A DNA stretch of 64,000 nt from Azolla caroliniana. Taxonomy: Eukaryota; Plantae; Polypodiophyta. The stretch lies in assembly GCA_043228905.1 (NCBI GenBank), contig JBHGNT010000020.1:9238001-9302000 (forward strand), in the 5' to 3' direction. The position numbers and the translations under genes are program-made. Of the stretch, positions 22,901-35,531 are shown piece after piece; position 1 is the first letter of the stretch, and every line of letters starts with the position of its first letter. The notes beneath the pieces were generated by a model. That model ran no database searches. It was not told the origin of the DNA and saw only the letters and a list, made by a program, of their open reading frames with translations.

Positions 22901-23624
22901 AGAAATGGAAGCACTCTTCCCGCTGTCATTTGTGAGGTTTCTCGGATGGTCTATGGGTGCGCGCTCTTTTTCCATCAATGCTATGAGAGTTTGGATGGAT
23001 TGTAGCACTAGTGCGAGTTCGGCGTTTGACGGTGTAGGGGTAGCTTGGTCGGGAGTAGGGGTTGTGCCCATGCGTGGTGGTGTCGGGTGTCGTTGTGTGT
23101 GGGCTTCGTTTGGACTGTCGCTCGTTGTGCTCGAATGCAGTACAGGGTTGTGCTCATGACCTCGGCGATGCATGTGCAACGATGTTTCGAGGAGGTGAAG
23201 TTTTTGTTGCACTCGTGCAAATCTATCTTTCCTTTTCGCCAAAGCGGCTTCGATATCTCGAGTGATGCTTTCTAGTTGTCCTCATTTCGCGAGTTGTACC
23301 GTCCATAGATTGATTTCATGTTCTATCACCCGTAACTCCTACGCGGCGTCTCATATGTGTCGCTCTATGCTAAGTGGGTCTGCCATTGGGCTCTCCTATA
23401 GTGGGGGCGTGTTGAGAGGTGCTTTAGTTCCTAGGCTCGATGGGAGGTTCATGTTTGGTAGCGTCCCTGGAGTTAGCCACCCTCTGTGGTACCAAGTCGG
23501 GTTAGGTGGGACAGCATCGTGTGTTTGGTTGGTTTGGGTGAACTCCTCCTGGCGTGTGGGTCGGGTTTTGAACATCTCTGTCCATGAGGATTCGGCCATG
23601 TTTTCTTGTCAAGCTTTTGTAGGT

Positions 23625-23820
23625 TCGTCGAATGATGAGGGTTCGTCGAAGGATGCGGGTTCGTCGAAGGATGAACATTCGTTGAATGATGAGGGTTCGT
23701 CGAAGGATGATCTTTCATCGAATGATGAGGGTTCGTCGAATGATGAGGGTTTGTCGAAGGATGCGGGTTCGTCGAATGATGAGGGTTCATCGAAAGATGA
23801 TCTTTTGTCGAAGGATGCTT
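23625..23820. repeat. 18-bp minisatellite (GATGAGGGTTCGTCGAAK-like) in the Gypsy 5' region
   Basis: About ten degenerate tandem copies visible. Confidence 0.85.
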
Positions 23821-24046
23821 CCCTTATCGAACTCTGTTCTTTTGACGAACTTTGCGTGGGAAATTTGAATTATTTTTTTTGGCGCCAACGGTCATTTCGT
23901 GTCCCATGGGATGATCGTAATCCGCGAGAATCGCGGTGGTTATGCTTGCCCTATAACAGCTCAATCTCCACAATGTTTAGCGTTACCCGAACAAATAGCT
24001 TGTTAATGTCCGAGCGATTAAGGGAGGGTAGTTCAAAATTTCTTTT

Positions 24047-24232
24047 AAAAACAGAAAATCAACTTAATTACACTATGAAATAGTGAGGGAAAAACAGAAA
24101 ATCAACTTAATTAAACCATGAAATAGTGAGAGAAAAACAGAAAATCAACTTAATTAAACTATGAAATAGTGAGGGAAAAACAGAAAATCAACTTAATTAA
24201 ACTATGAAATAGTGAGAGAAAAACAGAAAATA
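24047..24232. repeat. ~40-bp tandem repeat (AAAACAGAAAATCAACTTAATTAAACTATGAAATAGTGAG)
   Basis: Four full copies plus a partial fifth. Confidence 0.9.
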
Positions 24233-24477
24233 GTGGTTCCCTTTAGATTTCTTCCTTCGTTAAGAGGGTTGCCTACGAGTTTTCGGCTACTCGAAATAGG
24301 CTTCAAGCATCGGTCATATCCCCGGCAACAGCGCAAAATAGATGTGTAGCATCTATGTATCGATGGAGTAAGCTCCTGGATGTCGTTGCGGGATTCGGAC
24401 CGGCGTATACCCTTTTGATGGCGAATCGGGCGGAGATGGTTTTCGGACACCTCCGAGCCTCACACTCACTTAACAAC

Positions 24478-26962
24478 TGTAAAAAGTAACATGCGGAAGC
24501 AAGTATGAAGACCGAACAGAAGGAAGAAAACTCAGGTTTAATGGAGAGCTTGAGCTTATGCAGTATACGCAGGAGAGACAGAGAGAGAGAAAACACAAGA
24601 ACTATATTCAACAAAAGTACTCAATCTCTATTCACCATTCTATACATATGTGTGTTCAATGAACACTTTTATACAAGTCCTAGAAGGACTGACAGAAGTA
24701 CTGATAGTACTTCAATGCTCATTAAGAGCTCCTACACTAACTCCCAAATATATTCCTCACGGAATATCTTTCCTAACGGCCTCCCGGTTTACGCACCGAT
24801 CCGGCCCTACCTACACACCGGTCTGCGTACCGGTTTACGCATTCAGCCTAACCGATCGGTCCCAACCGATCCGATCCTCGGCTTCTTCAGCTGATCCGGC
24901 TGATGTTGAGCTTGTCTCTCAACACTCCCCCTCAAGCTCAACTTGAGGCTCTTCGGGATCTTCGGGCTCACAGCTCCGGTTCCTCCTGGCTTCACGCCTT
25001 GCTCGCGCTCCTCGACCTGTTCGACTCCACGCGCTTCGACCCTTCCGGTCGGCTTGTCTGCTCATGTGGCCCTTATCAGCTCTTCTATTGTTGCGGTGTT
25101 GACACTTCTCCTGCTGCCTTTTCTTCCGCTTGGGCCTCGGTTGATTCAGCATATATGAATCAAACATCCGAACCGACTCGGCTACCTCCGATCGGTTTTC
25201 GCTCTCGTCCGAGTTGGCTGTCTCCAAATTGTCTTCGGTCTTCTCGCCCTCGATGGTGTCATCTTCCCCACGCGTGGTTGGCTTCGGCTCTCTCCTTCGG
25301 CTGCTCCCCTTCTGTCTGCTTTCAGACTTTACCGCGGGTTCGCCCTCGGCTTCTTCAGCCGATCCGAAGTCGAACTCAACAACCGAGTCAACCGACTCGG
25401 TGAAGTCGAATTCGACAACCGAGTCAACCGACTCGGTGTCGCGGTCTCCGCTCCTTTCCTGCTGCCTTGCTTGGTCGTTCGGGACTATTCTCCCCCTCAA
25501 GTTTGGCACGTCGAGGTGACGCAATCCGAGCGCACCTGAGAATTGCCGCAACTTGTCCAGACCAAGAGGCTTGGTGAAGATGTCGGCAGTCTGCCGATCC
25601 GTCGGAACGTACTAAAGTTCGACTTCACCGGAAAGGACACGCTCACGGACGAAATGGTAGTTTACCTCAATGTGCTTGGTCCGTGCGTGAAAAACGGGGT
25701 TTTTCACGAGCTGGATGTTGCTGAGGTTGTCGCAGTAGATCGTCGTCGGATCTGACACCTCCTCTTGCAGGTCCTTAAGTAGCCGCTTCAACCATATGGC
25801 TTCGCATGTCGCGACAGCCGCTCCTCGGTACTCAGCTTCGGTGCTCGACAGTGCAACTGTCGACTGCTTCTTACTGCTCCACGCGATCGCGGCACTCCCG
25901 AGGGAGAACGCGTATCCGGACGTGGATCGGCGATCGGCGGCGTTGCCAGCCCAATCAGCATCGGTGTAGCCGACTAACTGCGCGGCTGCACCGGTCCGAT
26001 ATAGCAGTCCCCGGTCCTTAGTACCGTTGACATACCGAAGTATGCGTTGCGCGCACTGAAGGTGCTCCTCGGTAGGTCGCGCCATGAACTGACTGATCAC
26101 TCCGACCAGATAACTGAGGTCGGGTTGGGTGATGGTCAAGTATATGAGGCTTCCGACAATTTGTCGGAACCTCGTCGGGTCACATACCTTTCCCGTATCG
26201 GGACGAAGCTTGACGGTTCTATCCAGAGGAGTCGAGACAGACTTACAGTCGGCCATCCCGAATTTGAAGAGCATACTCAGCACATAATGACGTTGGCTGA
26301 TCAATATGCCTTCAGGGGTATGGATCACTTCGATCCCGAGGAAGAAATGAAGGTCCCCCAGATCCTTCATGTCGAACGATGCCGCAAGCTGGAGCTTCAC
26401 ACGGTCGATTTCACCTAGGTCGGCGCAGGTGATGACCAAGTCATCAACATATAGTAAAATACTAACCGGTCTGAGTCGACCTTTCCGGATGAACAGGGAA
26501 GAGACCAATTTTGACGTGACGAAGCCCATCCGACGCAGTTGTTGCGTGATCTTCGCGTTCCAGGCACGCGGGGCTTGCTTCAGTCTGTAAAGGGACTTCT
26601 TCAGTCGGCATACTGCCGAGGAGTTCGTTCCAGAGTGAAATCCGAGGGGTTGTACCATGTACACCTGTTCCTCAAGGTCACCTTGCAGGAACGCATTCTT
26701 TACATCCATCTGATGTAAGTGCCACCCCTTCACCGTAGCTACTGCGAGCAAAACACGAACGGTCGTCATTTTCGCGACCGGCGCAAACGTCTCATCGTAG
26801 TCGATGTCGTGTTTCTGCGCGTAGCCCTTTGCCACTAGTCGAGCCTTGTACCGGTTTATCGAGCCATCGGTGTTGTACTTGACCTTGTACACCCACCTAC
26901 ACCCGATCGGTTTTACCCCTCTTGGTGCGTCAACCAGGTCCCAGGTCTCGTTCTCCGCCAAG
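24478..26962 (-). mobile_element. 5'-truncated Ty1/Copia element B (RT-RNase H, 3' extension, PPT, 3' LTR 24478-24924)
   Basis: RT motifs QMDVKNAFL and YVDDL; RNase H YTDADWAG and RTKHIEV; PPT AGGGGGAG at 24925-24932 next to the LTR start TGTTG. Confidence 0.88.
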
Positions 26963-29660
26963 TGAAGATGGGCACTTACATCCAGTCGCGTTTCACTCAA
27001 GAAAGTTTAATGTTGCGGAGATCAACTACGAGGTGCATGACAAAGAGTTACTAGTTGTGGTCGAATCTTTTGCACAATGGCGACATTTCCTGGAATGTTC
27101 GCCTCATCAAATCATCATTTATAGTGACCACAAAAATCTTAAATAGTTTCAGACGGCTCGAGTGCTAAATAGGCGACAAGCTCGATGGGCGCAATTTTTA
27201 ACTCGTTTTGATTTCAAGATCATTTTCCGCCCAGGGAACCAACAAGGGCAAGCAGATGCTCTATCTCGACGCTCATATTTGGCACTTCGCCCTGGAGATC
27301 CAGCTTTCAACAATCAAAAGCAAGTTCTCCTTGGTCCAACAAAGCTACAAGCAACCACAGTTTGTGCCACGCCATTGGATTCAAGTCTTCTTGATACTAT
27401 TCGACAACAACTTAACTCTGATGATTTTGCTAAGGATATCTTCACCCACCTTGGTCCAAATCATGCATTTTGCTCCACATTGCCAAGGACATCTCGACGT
27501 TATAAGGAGTTCAAGTGGCAAGATAACTTACTTTTCTACAAGAATCTACTTTATGTCCCTGATGGATCACCACACCTTCAAGTGTTGGAGCATTGTCATG
27601 ATGCCCGTATGGCCGGACACTTTGGTATTGCCAAGACCATGGAGCTAGTGAAGCGATCATTTTGGTGGCCTCATTTACAACAATTCGTTGAAGATTATGT
27701 TCGCACATGTGACACATGTTGTCGAGCTAAAATGCCTAGGCATCATCCTTATGGGTTGTTACAACCATTGCCGACTCCTGGTAGTCAATTACTATGGATT
27801 TCATTAAAAATCTGCAACCTTCACAAGGTTTTGATGCTATTTTAACCGTAGCGAATCAGTTTACCAAGATGGCACATTTTCTACCCTGCATAAAAAGCAT
27901 CAGTAGTCAAGAAACAGCAGATATCATTATGCATGAAGTATTTTGCCATCATGTTCTTCCAAACGACATAATTAGTTATCGTGGACCGCAATTTATCTCT
28001 CACTTTTGGAAGCACCTATGTGCAGGCTCCGAATCTCTTGCAAACTCTCTTCAACATATCATCCCGAAACTGATGGCCAAATAGAGCGCACAAATCAAAC
28101 ACTTGAGCAGTATCTTCAATGTTTCATCAGTTATCAACAAGATGATTGGAGTCATATATTGCATCTTGCAGAGTTTTCATACAATAACACCATACACTCT
28201 TCTACCAAGGTCACACCTTTCTATGCCTATACTGCAACCATCCTCGATGGTGTCTCTTGGACATTCCAGTGATCTCACCAAACCCTAGTGCAAAGCAACA
28301 CCTCCACCGACTACAACACCTTCAGTCTGAGTTGTCTTCACATCTTCAGAAAGCTCAAGCCCAACATAAGGCCCATGCATATCGACATCATCTTCCGTCT
28401 CCATTCAAGGTTGGTGATCGGGTACGGTTGTTACGTCGTCACATAAAGACTACTCGACCGTGTGATAAACTAGATTATAATCGCTTGGGTCCTTTTGTCA
28501 TCACGAAGCGGATTAATGATGCAAAATTCCGTCTTGATCTTCCTGCAAGTTTGCGGCTTCATCCAGTCTTTCACAACTCTCTTTTGGAACCTTACCACAC
28601 CAGCTTGATTCCTAATCGTGTTGTGCCGCCACCACCTCCTCTCCAACTTGTTGATGGCCCAGAGTATGAGGTAGTCTCCATTCTTGATTCAAAGATTGTG
28701 CGCAATAAGTTGTATTATCTAGTTGATTGGCTAGGCTATACTCCGCGCGATTGCACATGGGAACCCGTCGATAATGTTTGTATGGTCGCTCACACCCGTT
28801 GGTGTTTGTGTTCCCCATGAGGACCGTAGATGGTCGCTCACGTTGTTCATATTCCAGTTCCTGGTGAGGACCACATGGTTGCTCACGCCCGTTCATGTTT
28901 TCGATGAGGGCTGCACATGGTCGCTCACATCTGTCGGTGTTCTAGTCTTCAGTGAGGACCACACATGGTCGCTCACACCCGTCGGTGTTCCAATCTCCGG
29001 TGAGGACCACACATGGTCGCTCACACCCGTCGGTGTTCCAATCTCCGGTGAGGACCACACATGGTCGCTCACATCCGTTGGTGTTCCAATCTCCAGTGAG
29101 GACAACATATGGTTCCTCACGCCCGTCGATGCTCCAATTCTCGTCCACCCCTACACCACGCTTTTAAAAAGGCAATCGTAAAGGTACGTAGTTGGTGAGG
29201 ATTGAACCTACAACCTCACACCTACAAGAAATCATACTCAACCATTTAGATACGAGCATGTATTTGTATATAATAGTTTAGTGTTGTTATTCTAGGATAT
29301 AATACATTCCAGAATATTCTAGAGCCTTTAGTATATTCTAGAAATATTCTATGGTGTATTCTAGACGGGTATATTCTAGAGATATTTGTCGGGTATATTC
29401 TAGAGATATTTCTTGAGTATATTCTAGAGATATTCAATCTCAAAACTTGTATAAATATTTGTAACCTCCTTGGTCCCTTTCAAGGGATTCAACACCAGTC
29501 ATTGACAAATCAATATAGTATTCTCATTTCTCCCCATCTTGTCTCCTTGATCTTTATCTCTATCTTCATGCTCTTGTTTCATTCCCAGCTTCTTAAGTTC
29601 CATGCTCATAGCCCCGTTATCCATGATCCGTCCGAGTCCGTAGTTGGTGTGTTTGTGACA
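26961..29660 (+). mobile_element. 5'-truncated, degenerate Tcn1-like chromovirus (RNase H-INT-chromodomain plus 3' LTR ~29177-29660)
   Basis: [61 protein letters not shown] organisation parallels 11005-11444 and ends TGTGACA. Confidence 0.85.
28779..29140 (+). repeat. 48-bp tandem repeat (ATGGTCGCTCACACCCGTCGGTGTTCCAATCTCCGGTGAGGACCACAC)
   Basis: About eight copies, most conserved in the middle; begins right after chromodomain WEPVDNV. Confidence 0.9.
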
Positions 29661-29983
29661 GCCCAATCGGCTAAAGGCCAAAAGGTCGAGTTAGCCGAAG
29701 AAGCCGAAAGCCGGATCGGCTAAGGAAGCTGAAATCTGGAAGCCGACAAGCCGTTAGACGCCTACATTCCTATTTTAGTAATAGGAATATTGTAGGCAAT
29801 TAGTGTAGAGCTCATAAGTGAGTGTCAAGTATTGGTTAGTACTTGTCTCAAGCCACTGTCAAGGGCTTGTATAAAATGTGTTTGATGAGCACATTGTAAG
29901 TACATAGTCATTTTGTAATAGAATTGTTTTGTTTGCGGGCTGAGTGAGCTACCTGCGTAAGCTTCCATGCATAAACTTTTTCA
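29661..29983 (+). repeat. Partial Copia LTR related to element B LTR
   Basis: Shares blocks with the reverse complement of 24478-24924 (GAAGAAGCCGA, TTAGTGTAG..CTC, CTTGTATAAAA, GCTTCC..ACTTTTT.CA end); no PBS follows. Confidence 0.6.
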
Positions 29984-31934
29984 CTACCCAATGCACCACT
30001 CCACATAAAGAAAGGTGGGACACGCCATCACCCATCTCTTAGGGATGTGTGTGTTAGCCTTGTACTTAAGCATAAAGGATACCTTAAAGAAAATATTTAA
30101 GCCACATGTGGTTACACCCCCTAAACCGATAGATGAGACTCTAATGTAACTCTTTTCTAGAAGTTCCATAGAAGGGCGCCTTTTAATCAATGACACTTTA
30201 ACCATCTCGAGGTTCTAGTATGACTTAACTTACACCACGTTCAATTGTCACTTGATGGATTCATGATTTTGATAAAATGTTTGTACATGTATCCACACGC
30301 TTCTTATCACTTAAGCATTATCGCTCATCTTTTTCCCCTTTGTTACATGTACATCATTGAACCCTTGACCTTTTTGTTCAGATGATTAGCCTTTTGAATT
30401 TGAGTTATAGTTTGTTATTGACTTAAATCTTCATCTTTTACTTTGCTTCTAGTGACCACTTCAACCAAAGTCCTGACCTTATATTGTGAAAGTTGACTTT
30501 TCAGCTCTTTTCTCCTTCGTGTACACCACATCATGACATTAGCGAGTAGAGAGGTAATAAGAGTGAAGCTCTACTCTAATGATAGGTCGACTAAGAAGAT
30601 TTAGGGAGTTACTACTCTGGCAGCTATTTTGGGAAGTGTCTAATCGCTCTCTTTTATAGAAAGTTAGGAAGGGATAATTGTACTAATCACACCATTTGTG
30701 TGTATGCATTGACGCTTAGTTGAAAACCACATCATGTTCTGCTTTCATGTCTTTCAAATGCTTGGACAACTTTATAGCTATAAGCAATTGGTTGTACATT
30801 TATAGTGACTATTTATTATTACGACCTATTGGATGGCCTACATGCTACAACATTCATTTTGTTTACCTACTTCCTTGAATATTCCAATAACTATAAAGTA
30901 GCTTCTAGCGCAATTTTATTTTAACTATTATCTTCTTTATAAGGGCATTGAATGGGGAGGAAGAAGAAGAGAAAAGCATCTAAAACATCTTCATTATGAG
31001 GTTGAAAGTTCACACCTACTTAGACGCTTACTAAAGTATAAAATTTTCCTTTACAAGGCCATATAAAATTGTGAGTAACTTGTGAGAAAACATTTTAAAA
31101 AGTGCACATCATGAGGTCGTGACCCAATTTGAGCATTTCACATACCTAAAGGTGGAATAACATTGTTTATATTGCGAGACAAATGGCTCCAAAAAGTTCT
31201 CATAGTGAGCCTAAGGATTCAAGCTCCCCATAAATATCCCTAAAGTATGGCAACAATAGTCACTTGACAAGATGATCTTGAAGAACGTAGAATTGTGAAG
31301 ACAATGTAATATAGAAGAGACTTATAAAGTTCCTACTTTTGCAAAAAGCCTCAAGTCCTTATCATGAGGTGCAATGTTCTAATCCTCATGCCTCAACTCC
31401 AAATATTATACCGATTTTGGTGATGGCTCTTGGATGGTTTTGAAGGACATAAAATTAGCAAGTGAAAAGCATTTATTAAAGTTTTTGTCATGAGTTGGAG
31501 GGTTAGGCCCCACATGGATATTCAAAAAACTATAAAAAGAGTGATACCACCAATGCTCGTGTCATCCTCAAAAAGCTTAGAATCATGTTCATTAAGTACA
31601 TGCACTTATAAGTGATGAAATTGCATAGAAGTGGCGAAGAGGGACACCTTACAAGGACATCCATACTCATGAAAGTTGTCACACAACGTTAGGGGTCCGT
31701 GTGCAGCATGACTTTTCGCGATGTAGTGATAACACAACAAAGTGGTCTTGTTTTTTACAAATAAGGGCAAAGAATCATGAAGCATGATCGAGATTCGAGA
31801 CTAAGAGGTTGGCCACACATCCCAAGTAAGAATGAAGGCGCATTGTGTGGGGGTGAAGGCCACACATGAGGTTGTGCGAGGAGCAGAAACATGACGAATA
31901 AATCATGCATTGACGTGGAAAACGCATGCACACA

Positions 31935-31995
31935 AAAACACGTGTACACACCCATACACATACACCCATACACACAGAAACACGTGTACACACCC

Positions 31996-32044
<49 letters not shown>

Positions 32045-32045
32045 A
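31935..32045. repeat. (CATACA)n microsatellite
   Basis: Direct inspection. Confidence 0.9.
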
Positions 32046-32324
32046 GAGAGTCGGCAATCAATACATGCAAAAGAAGCATAGAATGTGATGGTGATATCAT
32101 TGACGAGAGGAGGATTCGCAGAGAGTAGTTAGTAAGTAGCAAGAGAAATGGTGAATGGAGGAGAAGATGAAGAAGAAGGCATTGCTAAGCTCAATCAATT
32201 CTTTCCTCTCTTCCCTTCAATTCAAAAGCTCTTTGTGTAAAAGGACAAAAATGCAAAATACAGTAAAATATAAAATACTTCAGATGTTTTGAAGATCTGA
32301 GAAGGAAAGCGAAACAAAGCAAAA

Positions 32325-32420
32325 CAGAGACAGAGACAGAGACAGAGACAGAGACAGAGAGACAGAGAGAGACGCACAGAGAAAACAGAGGCGGAGGCGG
32401 AGACAGAGACAGAGACAGAT
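32325..32420. repeat. (GAGACA)n microsatellite upstream of the EF-hand gene
   Basis: Direct inspection. Confidence 0.9.
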
Positions 32421-33112
32421 ACAATGAACAGCATAGGATGAAAAGTGAGAGGCCATTGTTAGACCTCCCCGCTCTCCTTCACTGCATTCTCCCCGCTTGC
32501 TTCACATCGGCCCATCCATCTAGGTATTGACCTCAGATCACTCTTGCTTCGACCCACAACTTGATAACAATTTTCCGAATCTTAGCTAGAAATCTGAGGG
32601 TCGGTTGATCCTTTCTCTGGTTTTCCTTCTCTCCTTCTTTCCTTTCGGTTGTGGCGTTTCGGCTTTTTTGGTGAGAATCTCAAGAGCTTCCAACACAGAT
32701 TTGGAGAAATGCATTATCTGTACATTATCATCAGAGATTTTTGAGATTCTGGAGCTCAGAGAAATCGCAAGGAAAAGCTTTCTGGAGACGTAATACTAGC
32801 TCGGGTTTAGAATAGCAAGATCTGTTCAATTCGTTGAACTCACGAGGAGATCCACAAGGAAGGGAAGGCCGAAGTTTTGTCAAACCAAAAGAAAATTATA
32901 AAACAGAAAGGAATAGTTAGGGTCTTTATACACTTCATTAGCAATTTTTGGTAGAAAGACACACATGAATTAGGGGACCTGATAACCAAGATCTGTGAAA
33001 TCTTTGAAGGAAATCTACAGGGAAGGAAAAGACCTAGGGTTTGGAAGGCACTGTATCCACAAAGAGCCAATTAGATTAAGAACTTGAAACAAAAAAAATA
33101 AAACTGAACATT

Positions 33113-35531
33113 ATGAAGGCTGCCATTGTATATGTTCTTGTTTGCGTTGGTTTCATTGGGCTTGTTATTTTTTCCAATCAGCCTGAGAGGCTCAAATCAA
33201 AAGGCCATGGGAGCCTTCAACATGGGCGCCGCCTTGTTGTAAGAAAACTGCATCCATCATCATCAAAGCAAGCCTCGAAACATGAGAATGTAGCATTTGA
33301 TCCCATCATTGCCAATCTGGAACGAAAGAGAGAAGATCGAACTTGGGAAAAGGAGTATATGCAACACCAATATAAGCAATGGGCTGATGATTCTTCAAAA
33401 CAATCTTCTCATGATTCAGCTCCTCATGCAGAATCTCAACCCGACCCTGAATCTGAGGATTGGGATTATTCGGATACCGAGGCTTACTTGAACGATGAAG
33501 AGCAGTTTAATATATCATCTCGGATTATTACTCTATTCCCATTGATTGATAACCATCCTTCAGATGGAATCATTAGCTTTCAGGAACTAGTGGACTGGCA
33601 TTATCATGCTTCCTTGAGTGAAGCTGAACATCGTGCCTCTCGTGAGTTGGAGATGTATGACAAGAATCATGATGGAATGGTTAGCTTATTGGAGTATTTA
33701 CCACAATCAGCTTCCTCCTCCAACTCGAGTATGTGATTGCTATACTTCTGAAGACCATTGGTTTTTTAGATGAACCTTATAACCTTCATTCATGTGTATA
33801 TGCTAGTGAATGATTCCATGGAGCATGGTGGAGCTGGATGGTGGAAAGAACAATTTGATGCTGCTGATGAGGATGGAGATTCTCTTCTAAATGCCACTGA
33901 ATTCAACAAGTCAGTGTTTAGTCATTGACATCTTGCTTTGATAGTGCAGACAACCTAGCCATGCTTAGCATTTCATTGATTTTTGATGTTTTATTTGCAG
34001 CTTTTTGCATCCTCAGGACAGCCATAATGAGAAACTACATCAATGGCTTCGAAGGCAACAGATACAGTAAGACCATGTGAATGTAGGGTAATTGAGGATT
34101 TAATTACTGTTGAATTAAGATTATAATAACTCCTCATGTTATAATATCAGATTTGAAGGCTAATGCATCAATTACACACATGGTTGTTGGAAAGATTATT
34201 CAGGCAAATGAACTCCACTGTTTTATGTTTGGACTAAGAATAGACCAGCTAAGTTAATTAGATTGGCCAAGATTAGTGATATGGAAAATCAGTATACTGT
34301 GCAACTAATTTGAGAAATTGACTTCTTGAGATCTTAATGTAAAAGACCAAACAAATAAGGATACACACTTAACATTATGGTGAAAATATGTGTTATAAAA
34401 TGTCGGGCAAAGATCATGGAATTGTACCAAATGAAAGATTGCATCAATCGATTATCAAGTTCAGATATATTGGTAGCTCCATGGATGATGATATATACAT
34501 GGAGATATAAATACATACATGGTGTTTGGGTTTTTGACTTGTAGAATTCCCTTTTATTCAGATTAGAGGATGCCTATATATGAACCTTGTCTGCTAAGTC
34601 TCAAATCAGAATTGGAAGGGAGGCACAAGCCTGTGGGTCCTTGCATGCATATGTGCCCATTTGTTTATTTTGAAAAAACTTCATTGCCTCTGAATTAAAA
34701 TAGTTAACTATAAAAGTCGCGTCTTAACCACATCTTTCATCTTAGCATAGGAGACAAATGGGGAAGATACACAGGGAACTCTGACTTTTTGATTAAAACA
34801 TGCTTCATTAATTTTGAAATTTGTTTTCTTGTATTCTATTTCAGAGAACGTGACCACGATAAAGATGGCAAGTTAAACTTTGCCGAGTTTGAACATGAGT
34901 TTTATGATTTGATACGATTATATGATGAAGAAAGCTTGCATAAAGATGCTAATCTGGATAGCAGCGCAAGAAGAGAATCTGATGCCAAGAGTAAATTCTC
35001 AGAGTTGGATAAAAACAAGGACGGGCAAGTTTTGTGTTATTTCTTTCCCTTGTCTTTGCTATACAAATTTCGAAGTAAGATTGGTATTATGTAGGCAAAT
35101 TAAGGTATCTGCATAGTTACAAAAACAATAATTATTCTGAGCCGGAGATCTCTGTGTTAATTGTTCTGATTTCTACATGAGTTTGAGGCTCCAAGAATTA
35201 AAAGTAATATAATTCCTACTGATTTTTCAGGTTTCTAACTGAAGATGAGCTTACACCTGTTATGGATGCATTAAACCCAGGAGAGATTTATTTTGCCAAG
35301 CAGCAAGCAGAATACTTAATGTCACAGGTGGCTTAAACTTACTTACAGTTCTGGCTGCGTAACTACTTTTTAGAGTTAAACTTATTAGATGCTATTTTTT
35401 TGTCATTGCAGGCTGATAAAAACAAAGATGGGCATTTAACGATTGAGGAAATGCTGGAAAACCCTTATGTGTTTTATAGCACAGCCTATGCATATGAGGA
35501 TTATGAAGAACATTATCATGATGAATTTTAA
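33113..35531 (+). CDS. Calumenin/reticulocalbin-like (CREC family) secretory-pathway EF-hand Ca2+-binding protein; exons 33113-33728, 33807-33909, 34001-34066, 34845-35024, 35231-35327, 35412-35531
   Basis: N-terminal hydrophobic signal/anchor. EF-hand loops DKNHDGMVSLLE, DEDGDSLLNATE, DHDKDGKLNFAE, DKNKDGFLTEDE, DKNKDGHLTIEE; FLHPQD motif; C-terminal HDEF. Exon phases join consistently. Confidence 0.9.

Larger units (their letters stand above)
10691..24477 (-). mobile_element. Old degenerate Ty3/Gypsy non-chromovirus (Athila/Selgy-like, no archaeal RNase H seen); occupies 10691-11004 and 16692-24477
   Basis: Gag (22451-23242), several Cys/His knuckles (CTVCHGQHTRHEC, CFNCQGPHMVSEC), protease remnant ~20500-20780, RT YVDD (18950-19519), RNase H HTDASAFAIG, integrase WGIDF..TDYATKWVEAKA / YPRCNGQAE / EGPY. 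Many stops and frameshifts; no LTR seen in the window. Confidence 0.85.

Noticed and set aside
23872-23895. TGGCGCCA as PBS of the Athila-like element
   Set aside because: No adjacent LTR end and no extended tRNA complementarity that I can confirm on the element strand.
23262-24083. 273-aa plus-strand ORF
   Set aside because: Antisense to the Gypsy leader and kept open largely by the 18-bp minisatellite; no recognisable domain.
28779-29140. CRISPR array
   Set aside because: The inter-repeat segments are homologous to each other (plain 48-bp tandem repeat); eukaryotic context; no cas genes.
29984-31750. MULE/SWIM transposase remnant (HIPKRW)
   Set aside because: A single weak motif in heavily decayed AT-rich sequence; cannot be supported without a search.
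31755-32434. ORFs with MCMC / YVYV / SVSV runs
   Set aside because: Translations of microsatellites.
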